Counted from the first letter of the stretch, positions 32,569-47,238 are shown. The stretch is DNA of 64,000 nt from the human T2T-CHM13v2.0 reference genome, Homo sapiens (GCF_009914755.1 NC_060929.1); one strand, 5' to 3'. Made by a program: numbers and translations. Notes: a model not told the origin generated them from the letters alone.

Positions 32569-33680
32569 GCTATGAGAATCAAAGGCATAAGAATGATACA
32601 ATTGAGTTTGGGGAGTTGTGCGGAAGGGTGGGAGGGGAGGCAAGGGATAAAAGACTACAAATAGGGTGCAGTGTATACTGCTCAGGTGATGGGCGCACCA
32701 AAATCTCAGAAATCACCACTAAAGAACTTACTCATGTAACCAAATACCACCTGTACCCCAATAACTTATGGAAAAATTAAAATTAAAGAAAGAAAAAAGA
32801 TTAAAAAACCCAGGTGTGTTATTGATGATTATTTCACAAAAATAGAAATATACAGGGAATAAAATCACTTTATGGTGACTAGACAATATAGTTTCTTAAT
32901 GTATTAAATTAGAATATAACAAGATATATAGATAATTAATCAAACGTGTAGGGGTTTATTTTGCACAACTACTTTGTTGCTTTAATGGCTCTTGAGAAGT
33001 TAAACAATGGCCCCTTTTTCAGTATAATGAATTTTTTATCTTAAACATACTAAATATACTATAAGAAATGATATTTTGACATGATTTCAGGCAATGAAAC
33101 ACTCATCAATTTTCATGGCACAATAGTTTCTATCCAGAGCAGTTCATATGGAACAAAATTGCACTGTGCACTGTTCAATTTTGAATGAACCCCAAATGGT
33201 TTTCTTTTTTCTGTGTATTGCAAGAAAGAAGTTTGAAGAGGTAGCATCTTCTCTAAATATTTGTGTTGGTTGTATCTGTTCTTCCCACTTATTCTGAAGG
33301 GCTTTGGTGTTTGTCTTTATTTACCTACAAAGGTGCTTTAAGTTTATATTAAAGTAAAGGTGGAGTGCAAGATAACAATGAGCCTGTAAAGTCTAAATAG
33401 TTGTTTAGAAAATGTGTCAAAATGAAGAATGAATTTACTTTCCAGGGAATGACTTCCTTACCTACCTTCTGTGCCAGTCACCCAGTCACGTTTTCTTCTT
33501 TGGTGAGTAAAATATAGATTTATTTTATTAAATGTCATATACCAACTCTTGTGTTTATTCATTTTCAAATACTTGCTTATGACTCATATAAACTTTTTTT
33601 TTTTGCTATTGTCTTTTCTATCTGTAAAAGTTATACATCTTGGGTTAGGATGAACTATATCATACTACATCATATTTTTC

Positions 33681-33979
33681 TTTTCTTTTTTTTTCTTTGG
33701 AGACAGGGTCTCTCTCTTGTCATCCAGGCTGGAGTCAGTGGCACAATCTTGGCTCACTGTGACTTCTGCCTCCCAGGATCAAGTGATCCTCCTGGCTCAG
33801 CCCCACAAGTAGCTGGGACTACAGGCACACACCACCACACCAGGCTAATTTTTGTGTTTTTTGTAGGATGGGTTTTCACTATGTTGTCCAGGCTGCTCTC
33901 AAACTCCTGGGCTCAAACAATCCTCCTGCCTCAGCCTCCCAGGGTGCCGGGACTACAGGTTGAGCCACAACACCCAGCC
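33681..33979 (-). mobile_element. AluJ
   Basis: TSD catatttttc at 33671-33680 and 33980-33989. Confidence 0.92.
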
Positions 33980-35094
33980 CATATTTTTCCTTATTAAAAT
34001 TAATGAAAATATTTTTTCATGTCATGACTTTTTTACTTGGCAGCAGGGCTTCCAGGAATAAATTGAAATGACTAAGCACTAGATGTATAAGTGTGATATC
34101 CCAAGACCGGTGTCTTTGATTACAAACAGAATTCTTAATTAACTAACATTCTTCAGACAAAGCACATTTTTCTTAAAATGGAACCATCAACTGTTACAAA
34201 CTGGGGGTTCTTGCCTTCTACATTTGTCCACCTAAATTGCATTCAGTTTCCCATATTCAAAAACAAACTCATGATGAACCATCCTCCAAAAGCAAAGACT
34301 CCTTTGAGTTTCCTATTTATATAATGACCTCAAACTCATTTAGAACCTAAAGACTAAAATCAAACCTTATTGTCTTCTGTAAAATGCTTTCGTCAAAATA
34401 GTTCTTTTTTAAATTCCCACCAGCAATCCAGGCATGTGGATGAATGAACCTGGCTCTCTTCACTAATTTATGAATAAACGTTTTATGTGTACATACTCAA
34501 TAGTCAACAGTTACCTGTGCTTACATTTTTGGTTCTTTGGGAAGTTACCATCTGGCACAATAGAATGGTTGTGTGATTTCTTCCTCTCGGCATCTTATTA
34601 TTTTTTCCTCCATGGACATGTACTCATCAGTAGAGATCTTATAATTATGGATCCTTCATCATCATTATCAGCCTTTTTGGAATATGTCCAGGAAAAGCCA
34701 GGATACTCAATAATGTATGCATTCATTTCAAAACATGGAATATCTTTTCTTGGCAGGCCCAGTGTTATTTGTAGGAGGGTACAGTAATGAACAATATCCA
34801 AGATCTGCCATTAATGAATCCATTGTTCTCTAGAAGAGATAAGTATTAAACAAATAATTAAATAAAATATATAGGGTGAACACATACCCTGTGGGAAGAT
34901 AGTGGAGAAACCTCAGAACTTATCTTTGGAATGAGAGAGAAGGCATTCTGCTGGAAATAAATGTTAAGCTATGGATAACATGCGTTACCTGAAAAAAAAT
35001 GAGGAGAATATTTCCCATTTGAAAAATATAGAGAAAAATGAAAACAAAAAAGGGGGGCCTATTCTTTTTCTCTTGTCCCCATTGTGGAGAACTA

Positions 35095-36035
35095 TAGATG
35101 CTGTTTATCACCTGCCCAACATTCAACACCCACTCATCCTCCCTTTTTAACAGTGCTCAGAGTTTCATTTTGCCATCCTCCCCTCTCTCAATATAACCCA
35201 GTTGATGGTGACTCTTCCTTAAGCTTCTGGGGTGGACATTCATTTTTTTAAGTCAATAAATATTTTCCAACACCCTATCTTATAAGCGATGAGTCCAATC
35301 ACAGTGAAGTTTATTTGGAATATCTTTCTGGATGGGATCATATACAAACGTGATGACTGAAAATGCTGTAACCATTTCTCCACTATTGCAAGAAATCAGC
35401 CATTGCATAAAGCTGGTCCTAAAAGGCAGATCATAAAACAGAAGGAAATTAAGTCCTAGCCTCTTAAATAAATGAGTTTGGAAGACAGGCTTGCCTGTGG
35501 ACTTCCAGTTGTATGGGCCAAAAAAGTTTGCTTTTATTGTGTGTTGCAAGTTAGGTTCCCTGGGAAGCAAACTTTGAGATCAAGGTTAGCCTGCTAGAAA
35601 TTTATCAGGGAATGTTTATGGGATCAACACCTGTGTAAAGGAAAGGAGGCAGGATCCCATAGAGGAAGAAACTGGGCAGTGATGCACTCTCAACAAAGGC
35701 CTCAGACAAACCGCAAAGAACTCTGAAAGAGGCATGTTCTTCCAAAGTAGTCCTGAGCTAGGGCAAGGAGGCTGAGCATTTATATTCCTACATCAACTGG
35801 GTGTGGACTGTCCGGAAAGGTGATGTGATCTTGACCATGGCAACTTAATCAGCCAAGGCAATCCCAAAGGGAGCTGACAGATGAGGTTGTCTGTTGGAAG
35901 CATTCCTAGTGATTGGGAAACAATGGCCTTCAATTATGATTGCGGGGGGCCTGGGTGGTGCATTATAGTGACCACTATATTGTTTAAGCTAATTTGTGTT
36001 TGGCTTTCTATTACCAGCTACAAACCAAAGGCCTC
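35095..36035 (+). mobile_element. Old MLT1-type LTR, interrupted near its 3' end by an LTR33/LTR16-family LTR
   Basis: tggacttccagttgtatgggccaaaaaagtttgctttta | tgtttaagctaatttgtgttggctttctatta resembles the MLT1 3' end. Confidence 0.55.
35542..35979 (-). mobile_element. LTR33/LTR16-family (ERVL) solo LTR
   Basis: ggttccctgggaagcaaactttgaga...gatcaacacctgtg...caacaaaggcctcag...gggggcctgggtggtgcattatagtgaccactata; candidate TSD ttgtg/ttgtt. Confidence 0.72.
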
Positions 36036-36104
36036 CCTATTGCTGAAAGGAGATATCATGAGTAGGAAGAAGGAGCATATATGTATATCCTCCTGTGTGA
36101 GCTG

Positions 36105-36335
36105 ATAGACTGAAAGTGGATTCAGGAACCACATTGCCTGGGTCAAATCTCATCTCTGTCATGTGGTCTGTCACCCTGACTATGCAACTTACTCTTGTTG
36201 TGACACAATTTCTTCTTCTTTAAAATTGAAATAGTGCAAAACCTCATAGACTTTTCAGGCTATTAATTAGTTAATACCTATAGTGCATACTACCTGGAAC
36301 ACAATATGCTCTTTATAAGCATCTACTATTATTAA
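36105..36335 (+). mobile_element. MIR
   Basis: tgcctgggtcaaatctcatctctgtca...tttcttcttctttaaaattgaaata...acctcatag...ctattatta. Confidence 0.65.
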
Positions 36336-37713
36336 TTTTATTTTATACGCTGAAATTTTCTATGGCACATTTTGCCCCATCTGCACAGTTTCAATAAAAT
36401 ATTAATAGGCAGATAACTAATAGTCATATTTAATGTTTTATTCCAAAGATGTGTCTAAGAGATTTTAGTTAATCACATGATAAAACATTAAATAGAATTC
36501 TTACATTCAACTCCAGTAATTTTGGGTAGATGGTGCAAAGTTTAATATGGAAATGGAATCACTGTGCTTGTGAAGATAAAGGGTGGGGGAGGCTGAGCAG
36601 AAAAAGAAATGAGCTCACAATAGCACAGTCACTCTTTCACGTGTGCATTTGTAGATTTGTCCATGGCAAAGTGTTGATCTGAATCTTTAATGGCACTTAA
36701 AATATCAACTTATGAGTATATTATTAAAATATTCACCGCATTGACAGGCTAGGAAAGAAATAAGAGAAATTTACATGTGGGTAAAATTTATTCTTAACAT
36801 AAGTCACAAAGCAATTTCTGCACATTTATGAAAACTCTTAAGAGAACTAATTTAAAGCTAGCACTTTATCAAAAACTTAACAAATAGTCATATATGTATA
36901 TATGAACTGTGATATATATGTATATGAATCACATTGCTAAGATTATAATTTAAAATTAACATTGTACTACTAACAGAAAGTTGGCCACATCATTAAGTTA
37001 ATGAGAACATATACTTTTTCTTAATAAATTAAGATATGTTTTTATATCTTATGCTTGTCTAAATGGTTTGAAACATAATTAATTGAGATTATTTCTGCCT
37101 TAGTTCTTATTTTAAAGATTAAAATTTCCCCCCAAAATAAGACCATTATTATAGCTCCTAGATCTGTAAGGAATTAAGTCTCCTATGCTTCTTAATTTTT
37201 AAAAATTTGATTTAAATTTGACTTTGGTATAAAATATAATTGTCAGAAGGAGATGCTGCAGAAAGTTCTTTGAACAAGATTAATGCAATTCTATATTTAT
37301 TATTCCTGCCTTAAGCATAAAATCCAGAACTCCATGATGACATGTGCTATCTCAGAACACTACTTTTTAATACATCTATTTTGAGTTACTTCAAAGTTTT
37401 CAAAGTATGAGTATTAAAGTAGAAATCTGATTCAAAGTGAAAGTGTCAGAAGTAAGAATCTAAATCATTTTCTTAGAAGGCAAAGATCAGAAGTGATATG
37501 GATAAACTTGGATTCAGCTCAGGATGTCCTTTGAGCTTTTTAAAACAAACGTTATTTAATTAAGAAAATACTGGGCTTGACAGCCCAGTATAATAATGAA
37601 ATGCATTTTATTTTCCAGTTTCCACTCCTGTTTTGAATCTTACTTGGGGTAATTATTTGGCTTGTTATCTCTTTTCCTGAGGGTAGATTTTAATTTGTTT
37701 TCCTCTGGCCTGC

Positions 37714-38281
37714 TGTATTAGATGAGTTTCTTTTGGTTACAAGTAATAGACACCTCAATCAGATTAACTTGTGCTTAAAAGAAAGGACAGAGAGTAGAAT
37801 TTACCGGAAGAATACAGGCCATCTCAATCAAAGGTAAAGAAGTATAGTTCTTCCTCCAAAAAGGAAGTAACAAAGAACTGGAACAACAGAAACAAGGGAA
37901 TCTTTGTCTCTCGGATACTATGCAGTTTTCTGGCTCTCCTTTTCTATGGAAATAGGCTAATTTCAGTCTCTATGCAGTGGCTTTCTCTGCTTCAGTGTTC
38001 TAGTTTTGGGGAAGCATAGACTTTCATGGCTACATAGAATCTTAGAATTCTAATTCTAAATCCTAGGTAGAGAGAGAGTGAATGGTCCAGTTTGTATGAG
38101 GTGTCCACCTTTAGTCCAGTGGGCTGTGGCCAAGGCTGGTGAGAAATGACTTCTGCTGCCTCTCAGCAGGAGCTGCAGAGTCAGAATTACTTCTGCAGGG
38201 AAGAGGATGTAGGGAATAAGCAGTTTTAAGTATAGGAGGCATAGACTCAACGGGCACACAAAAGTATTGCCTATATCCATA
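37714..38281 (-). mobile_element. Old MLT1-type LTR
   Basis: tgtattag...ttggttacaagtaatagacac...; ggtccagtttgtatgaggtgtccacctttagtccagtgggctgtggccaagg. Confidence 0.6.
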
Positions 38282-39853
38282 AGGGGAATTTTCAGTTATC
38301 TGCATAATTCAATTTCCCAGGATTTCTTGAATCAATTTGTACTTATATTGAAAAGATACCTACATATGCATTGGAAGGAAAAATACTATTAATTTCGTTT
38401 TATATGCTGAAATTTTCTATGGCACATTTTGCCATAGAAAATTCATGTCAATAATCTCTAACGGGTTTTAAGATTATGAAGTTTTTTCATGACACTCTGA
38501 TTTGATTCTATAGAATTTAAGAGTTTTTAAATCTGTTAATATAAAGTCCATTAGCTACTTTAAGTCATTAACAGATCATTGATGTACACAAGGGAATCTT
38601 AAATATTTCTAAAATAATTAAGAAAAGATAGCTTTAAGGCTACTGGCAACAATATATAATTAAAAGAATAAAAAATGATGGAAATAATAAACTGAATATT
38701 GCATACAGTGGACATGAAGTTTGTTTTTATTTGGCTTTTACAGATGCCTTAAACATTTTTTTTCCCCCAGTTCAATCTAGAGGTTCTGGCATACTTTGCT
38801 TGAAAGAAATTTTCCATTTCTCCTTACTGGAAGGAGAAGAGCAAAAATCCAACTTGGATTTGTTCAGCATCCTCTTCGCCTCCCGAGACAATCAAAATGC
38901 TTCCAGGATCTCTGCAACAGGCAGAATGTTGCCAAATGAAAATGTCCACAGGATGCTACTTTCTCATTTTAGCTGTCAGCCTCAAGGAGACAGCTCCAGT
39001 GCAAACCTCCCATTGCCCGCCCTATAAGTTTCTCATTCCAAGGGAGTTGTGGGTCAAATGTGAAGGCAGCTCTCAGTGAAACCAAAAACACAATAGTCTT
39101 TGGATGATTTAATCACAGGCCTCATATTGCAGATTATATTATCTTCACAAACTGTTTAATTTGAATTTAAATCAAAACAAGAAACAAATAGATAATAAAG
39201 TGTTCTTAATTTTTCCCTTCTAACATCGAATAGCCTGGACCAAATGTAGTTTAATGGGTTCATCTTAAAATCCCATCAAACAAGCAACAAATAGGCTTCT
39301 AGCTCAGTAGTTGTCCAATGATAAGAGACACTTCTCAAAAATGAAATTCTAAGTCCTAGTGACAGGAAATAATATGACTGTGTAGGGTGCTCTATTTTTT
39401 TTTCTTTTCCCGACACCTGCAAATAATTTTGAATAGCATTTTTATCTAATTTGAATGAAGTGTTTTGTCCTTTTAAAAAATAAACACATTTAGCACCTGA
39501 AAATATTATCTTGGCCTCTGGCTGACATAATTCTTCAGCTCTCCCTGTAATTTAAGAGCACAAGGTGACTCCCTGTATGATGTGTACATCATATGAACTA
39601 TAACTATAACTCAGCAAGTGAAGGAAATCTGAGCAAACATTTGGTTGTATAAAAAAATTAAGTCCCACCCTCTAGATAAACCCCTTAAATGGAGTTATAT
39701 TTTTTAGCCATGAACAACCCCTCTGTATTATGTGAAAGCAATCCTATCTTGGACAAATTCCTGTCCTCTTAACATCTTGTTGAAAGAGATACTGAAAAGA
39801 AGGCCAGGTTTGTTTGTATGTTATGAGTAAGTCAGAAAAGGTGATAAAATTCA

Positions 39854-40082
<229 letters not shown>

Positions 40083-41087
40083 TGATAAAATCCAAAACAG
40101 CTTAATGCATGAGAAAAGGAACAAATGAATTAATAAATAAATCCTTTAAATCCCATGGGATCACGTAGTTGGGAGGTCAGATGAACATAAAGAAAACCCA
40201 GTCAAGCTTCCTTGCTTTTATAAATTAGGAAATGAAAACATTTAGGGACAGGACAAATGACACAACTTCATGGAGTTTTTCCTTAGTCTACTAGTTTCTC
40301 CTGTGTACCATGTTTTACTCATTATCTGGCTTTGATTACATTTGTATACAGATTTTGACAAAATCAAAGTATTAGAAGTCTGTAATGGTCAAGTTCTCTT
40401 AGTCGTGTTAGATTACGTGTCCTCATTGTTTTCCAAGAAGAAATCATACCAAAGAAGTAGGGGAATGCTTCTCTTTGCACTGAATAAAGGCTCCCAGTAG
40501 AGGTAACTCTTACTATGTTATGATATTTCCCAATATGATGTAAGACTAACAGGAGGGGAAAAAAATAAAACTTTCAATTTCTTTATTGGATTAGATTACA
40601 CTGTTTTAAAAAATCTATATGGTTCTGGGATTTTACTTTTGATTTATGTGTTTTTAATGACACTTAATATTAATATAGAGTAGGTCCCTAATGATCATGA
40701 ATAAATAAGCTTAACTACCCTTGAGCTATATGAAAAGGAAATTTGATAAACAGACTTACCTTGTCCTCATGGTGATACTTTAAACTTTTCTTTTAGTGAA
40801 GCTTTTATGGAGAGACCAATTTATCTTTTAGTTTCTGTAGTATGTATAACAACTAAGTCAATATATATTTATTAGTTTCAAGCAAGCTAACATTGTAATA
40901 CAATGACATTTTCTAGACCATTTTCCATGAATTTGGTTTTTTACTTTTAGGTAAACACTTTGAATAATTGTATTATATTGTTAAATCTATGTTCATTTCC
41001 TTAAATGGAAAAAGTAAGTAAAATTAGTTAATGTAAAGATGTATGACTCTTCATTTTCAAGAACTATAAATAAAAAATGAGCAACTA

Positions 41088-41165
41088 TTCAGTAGGTGCA
41101 AAAGTAATTGCCCTTTTTCCAATGAAAGTAATGGCAAAACTGAAATTACTTTTGCACCAACCTAA
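41088..41165. mobile_element. MADE1 (Hsmar1 mariner MITE)
   Basis: ggtgcaaaagtaatt...aattacttttgcaccaacctaa inverted repeats, flanked by TA at 41086-87 and 41166-67. Confidence 0.92.
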
Positions 41166-41605
41166 TATTAGATTAGACATTTGAATGTGTTACAGAGATT
41201 TTAAACCTCAATAACTGATTTTTAAAAATCAGCATGCCATAAGACTGATCACATCATCAATACTAGTCTTATTAGTTAAAATATTCCTGAAAATGTACGA
41301 ACCTTCATTAAAATTTATTTTTCTTACCTCCTGGAAAATAATCTATTGAAAAGCTACCAGGTCTTTATATGGTACCCTATAAGCTAGACATACAGGTTGT
41401 CTCATTCTAATCGTGACTGTTTTCAAATAAAAGCATCCTCCAGACATACTAAAGGAAACAGTAATGAAACCCAAACCACACCATCTCTAATATATGCTAC
41501 TGCACTTGGAGTTTTTCCCTTTGAATTCTTAATTTAAAAAACCTTTTAATGAGAGGCAGCCTGAGTGTGAAGCTGTCAGTTCTATCCTTGTCCTTGATGC
41601 ATAGC

Positions 41606-41625
41606 AAAAAAAAAAAAAAAAAAAA
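41606..41625. repeat. A20 homopolymer
   Basis: Directly visible; no attached retroelement body seen. Confidence 0.9.
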
Positions 41626-43679
41626 GGAGAGATTTCACTTTTAAAAGAGGCTCCAGTTTCTTGAGACATTTGTATTCAAACATGACTCTCTCTTTCTCCT
41701 TCTTTCTCCTGGGAAAACAGCTCTACTCTTCAAATGAAAAAGAAATAATAAAACACATCAGGAACAGCAGACCTCAGACCTAACGTTTCTCTCCTTGTCT
41801 TGGAATGTTATTTCCATATAGAAAGCTACTCTAATGGGACACTTGTAAATGGCAGGGAATTTAGCCCTTGTGGAGTCCTCTCCAGAAATTGGATTTTTGC
41901 TTAAGCAAACAGCAAACCATGCAGCGGGGGAAAAGCTATTTATTTGGCTGCCTGTTGAAGAGCCTTACAAAAATACAATTCAGTCTGCTCTAACCGTTGA
42001 GTCAATCGGCATGCATTGGAAAGCAAAATCCAGTTCCTTGTGTAAGGTATCAGGCATGCTCTTTCATGTAACAGTTAATCTGAAATACACTTTAATGATA
42101 TTTTTCTTGATTACCCTTTTCTTAGACATAACGGCTTTTGCAGTTTACTTGCACATTAAGGAAGGGTAAAAAGGCTTATACAAGCTGCCAACTTCTACCC
42201 AGTCTTTGAGGGATTATTTAGAATCTTTACTGTTCAAATACAAGCAAATTTATACTAAGGAAAGTTAATCTTCAGTTTACGACATTTAATAATGTCATTC
42301 AAAACGACTTATGACAACAAGTTTAGCTTCTTAAATCAGATTTAGTTTCGAAAAGGTTCTTATGATTTATATAAGAAATGTTTCCAAATCTTCTCATTTC
42401 CTTTATAATGTATTAGACATCCTTCTACACAGTGATACTTTCCTTCTTTAAGCAAATATCCCTTTCCATCCGCCACCTCCTTCACCCCAAATCTTCTAAT
42501 GTCTCCGAAGTACCATTCTAAAGGATAAGAGGACATATCTCTGCTGGAGGATCTTCTTTTAGGAATAAGAAAGATAAAGGTAGTTCTTAAGAGGTGACAG
42601 ACCTACTAATTTAAGCTTTGTGAATATGTGCTTACACTTGCTAACATTTCAGTGTGTCCTTTGCAGAGAGTAGAACTTCTTTCACTGTATTTCTCAGAAA
42701 CAGCTTTTCTATACTAAAATGATTTCCTACTTTCTACTAAGAAGTTTTATAGTTAAATATCAATGAAGCAATTGAATACTTCTATTGCTTTTTCCTCCCG
42801 CTCACCCCTCCAACCTATGAAAACTAAATATTTCACTGCAACCACCATTCTATACCCCAAAGGAGAGCATTGAACAATGGCAACTTTCTAGTCCAATATG
42901 TTCATGATTCAGGAAAGTAGAAGAGCCAGCTTTCTCTCATAATTCCATGCATGATCTATTCATGCAGACATCCTTGTTGTTGAAAAAAGTTGGAATGTAG
43001 ATCATTTAGAACTATTGTGGCTGGCCATTTCCCAGGAATTATGGATATAATAAATATATATTCAGGTATATGCCAGGCAAATATTTAGTAAAAACCTGTT
43101 GGTTATATTATAGATACACAAGTTTTAAGTATTTGATATCCTTGATGAACATATAAATAATTTGTATATATATTTTGTAATGGTTTAGAACACATTCACA
43201 TTAAAGCCCATTTTTTAAAATTGATATGGTCATATATGCCCATAGTAAACATGCAAATACCTCAAAAGGAATGCATTGGAATATATATTTCTTTAGCATA
43301 TAGAAAAAGCCATGATTTGAATTGCATTAGGAAAGAAAAAGTTCAGCCTTCTCTTTCCTCCATGAAAACTAAATGATATCAAGCCTTACACATTACGAGT
43401 AAGAAATTTACACAAATTATATTGTTAACTGACATTTCCAAATTACAAATACTCTTTTCTAAATTTATGGAATACAATAAAAATTATCTTTGTTTTAGAA
43501 GTTGCAATTTTAATTGCTAAGATAAAATATGCAAGTAATAATTGAATTCAAGAAAATTATATGGTAACAAAGCAATACATGCACATTTCTTTAGAAGATT
43601 TTATTTGTAATTATTGGGTTTATACTTGTTCATTGTATAAATTCTTAAAAATACAAGAAGAAAATTAAAATCTCATATA

Positions 43680-44380
43680 ATCCCATTTCACTAATCATCA
43701 AAATGTGCTAATTAAAACTACAAAAAAATACTATAACATGCCTGCTGGAATGGCTGAAATAAAAGATAAAGAATGGCAAGTTTTGACAAGGATGTGGAAA
43801 AACAAGAATCCTGCTCATGATAGTAGAAACTGGTGAAAAACACTGAAACTCTTTAGCACTTTTTACTAATGCTGATCATATCCATGCCTTATGACCCTAT
43901 AGCTCCACTCCTAAGCCTATAAACTATGGACATGCATAAGTATGTGCACTGGAAGATATGAACATCAAGGATTTCATAGTGGCTATATTTGTAATAGATA
44001 AAGCTGCAACTACCCAAATGTTCATTAACAGTAGAGCTGGTATATATCGTGGTGTATTCATACAATGAAATACCGTAAAGCAATGAAATGCATGAATTAC
44101 AATCTCACACACCAACATGGATACATTTCATGAACAATACAGCACTGGAGAAGCCAGACACAAATAGTACATGTGGCACTATTCCACTCATACAGATAAT
44201 TCAAAAACAGGCAAACATGATTCATGGTGTTAGAAGTCAGAGCGGTAACTACATTGTTTTCAGGAAGCAGCAACTGGAAGAGGGCAAAGGTGGCACTTGG
44301 AGTTCATCAGGCTCCACACTTAGGATTGGGTATTTTCTGTATGTGTGATAATTTACTTCAACAATAGTTACAAAAGAAAC
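43680..44380 (+). mobile_element. Old L1 (L1MC/ME-type) 3' fragment
   Basis: cactaatcatcaaaatgtgctaattaaaactaca...tatgaccctatagctccactccta...catggtgttagaagtcag. Confidence 0.72.
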
Positions 44381-44730
44381 TACATCCACTCAAACACAAA
44401 ATGTTTTGTGTATTTATTTGCAAGTATTTACAAGGCATAGCTTAACTTAAAAATTGAAATCAAACATGGATAAGTTGTATTATGTTTTTTAATTGACAAT
44501 ATAATATGCATTTATCTTTGGTTGTTGAGGTCACTACTTTTATAGGTTCACAGTATTGGATTATATAATTAAAAACAATTAATTTAAAATCATTTCTCTC
44601 TTTTTGGATATTTAGTTTTCTTTGCATTTCAGTAGTATAAACATTCCTTCCGCAAACATCTTTTTATACTGCTGATTTTTCTTCAAGGTTAAATCTCAGT
44701 AGTACAATCACTGAGTTAAAAATACAAACA

Positions 44731-45038
<308 letters not shown>

Positions 45039-45839
45039 TCATATTATTGTCAAATTGAATTATAGAAGTATTCTTCCAACGGATACTCACATAATTGTTA
45101 GGAACAAAGAAATGAAAGTGTAAAAATCTTTACTACATGGTCGAAATAGGTTCATTATTATTATAATATGAATTACTTTAATTTTTATGTAGTTTAAAAT
45201 GTTAATATATTTCATGGATAATTTTATTGTTTTCTGTAGCTAATTTCCATGCATGATCCATTTATTTTAGTTACGAGAGTTTTCTCTTTTTTGCATGCCT
45301 TTTTCCTTTTCTTGATTTGAAAGCATTCTTTAGCAATCATAATAACAATTTAATTTTTGCACCTGTTTTTTCCATTTATTTCTGTTTCACTTTGTTTATT
45401 GTTTTATAAGCAGGGAAGTTGGAAATGTGTAGTTCAGGATCTTACTGAGATTTTCCTTTAAAACTCCTCTATCTGGAATTTATTTTGGCAGCATTTGTAA
45501 TAGTTTTATCAGTTACAGTAATTTCCCTCTTGCATGTGATTTGAATTAAGGTGTTCTTGATACACAGTGGCCCCAAAGTAGAAATTTAATAATTTTAAAA
45601 ATAAAATTTTTGAAAAATAATGAACTGTGATCCCCATCAGAATTTTACAGGGGAGCAAATACAATTCTCCTTCAGAAATACAGAAGCTGGGTTTGAGTAG
45701 GCATTGCATAATAATATATCTTAATAATAAAATTATATTTAAGGTTGGAAACAGATTTTAGAATTTATCTAGATAAATCCATCACAGAATGATAGAATTC
45801 ACTATCTAATATTCTTCCCGTTTGTCTTTGCTTTCATTT

Positions 45840-46370
45840 GGATGCACGACTTATAACTGAAAATACTCCAAGAACGGTCTCTGACTTTAGACGGGTCTAG
45901 ATCCTAGTTTCAAGTAATGCCATTAGAAATCCCTGTCTTTCCAGCTCCTGCCTCTGCTTTCCTTTATCTTAGAGGCTGGATTCTCAGACAGGTTGTTCCC
46001 ATAGATATGTTAAGATGGCTGGCGGAAGCTCCAGGTGTATATTCCTACAGCTGGGCAACCCGAGTAGAAAGAATCTCCTTTTCAATATTTCTAGCATATG
46101 TCTCGTAGATTGATTCACCCATCTTGTACTACTTTTCTACATCTGAACCAGTCTGTATGGCTACAGACGATCAGATTACTCATTGTCTACAACTGAATCA
46201 CATGCCCACACCCAGGAACAAGAAAATGAGGTCCAACATTGAAAGCCAGACATTGATCTGAGAGTTGAGTAAGGTGGTTCCCTGAAAGAAAACCATTGTG
46301 CTATTATATGAAGAGTAAATCTATTTGGGGCATGCAAAAACAAAAAGAGAGACAGAGAGACATCTCCTAC
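45840..46370 (-). mobile_element. MLT1K-like LTR fragment
   Basis: ttctcagacaggt...aagatggctggcggaagctccagg...tcacatgcccacac...ggtggttccctgaaagaaaa...ctcctaca. Confidence 0.6.
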
Positions 46371-46925
46371 ATATATACAGGTTACTTTTTTTAATTACCC
46401 CAAGCGTCTACTAATACAGTTGCTTATTAAATCGATCAAAGTGCAGGAAGTGCATGTACTTATTAAATTTCATCATTACACTTCCTCTACTATTCTCACC
46501 ATTTTAACTCTTAATGGATCATGTCTTCTGAATTAGGAAAAAATGAAAATCTAATCACAATTGGATTAATGTCCTTATGCAACTCATTCAGAAAATGTTG
46601 TGTAAAGGAATAAGTTTATACAAATTTAGAAGTGGAGCTGCACACAATATCTCTAAACAATTTTCTCCAGATTGTCACATATCATCTTTCATGAGGAACC
46701 TCATGATACAGATTTAGGACTAGTAGTTGTAAATCCACCTAATTATATCATCAAAGCATGCTTCTCCATTATGTCCTATAAGAATATAGTTAACTGTGTT
46801 ATTAAGTGCCTTCTCAACTTTATTCTGTGTTTATGTAATGTTCTGTCAGTCTAGTTCCATTATCAAAAATACAATAAGCTAGTCTTGGTACAAACATTTT
46901 GATATTGGGAACTATTTTTTCTTTT

Positions 46926-47238
46926 TTTTTTAATTATACTTTAAGTTCTAGGGTACAAGTGCACAACGTGCAGGTTTGTTACATATGTATACACATGGAT
47001 GAAGCTGGAAACCATCATTCTGAGCAAACTATCGCAAGGACAGAAAAACCAAACACTGCATGTTCTCACTCATAGGTGGGAAATGAACAATGAGAACACT
47101 TGGACATAGGGTGGGGAACATCACACACTGGGACCTGTCGTGGGGTGGGGGGAGTGGGAAGGGATAACATTAGGAGAAATACCTAATGTAAATGATGAGT
47201 TAATGGGTGCAGCACACCAACATGGCAACATGTATACA
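46926..47238 (-). mobile_element. L1PA4/5-like short insertion with 5' inversion (twin priming)
   Basis: Antisense extreme 3' end 46926-46993, then sense segment acatggatgaagctgg...catgtataca; TSD tattttt(t/g)ctttt at 46913-46925 and 47239-47251. Confidence 0.9.

Noticed and set aside
38731-39079. ORFs after a plausible plus-strand acceptor at 38770
   Set aside because: No matching donor, no recognisable domain.
41215-41232. 18-bp palindrome ctgatttttaaaaatcag
   Set aside because: Mostly T5A5; expected by chance in AT-rich DNA and has no linked duplication.
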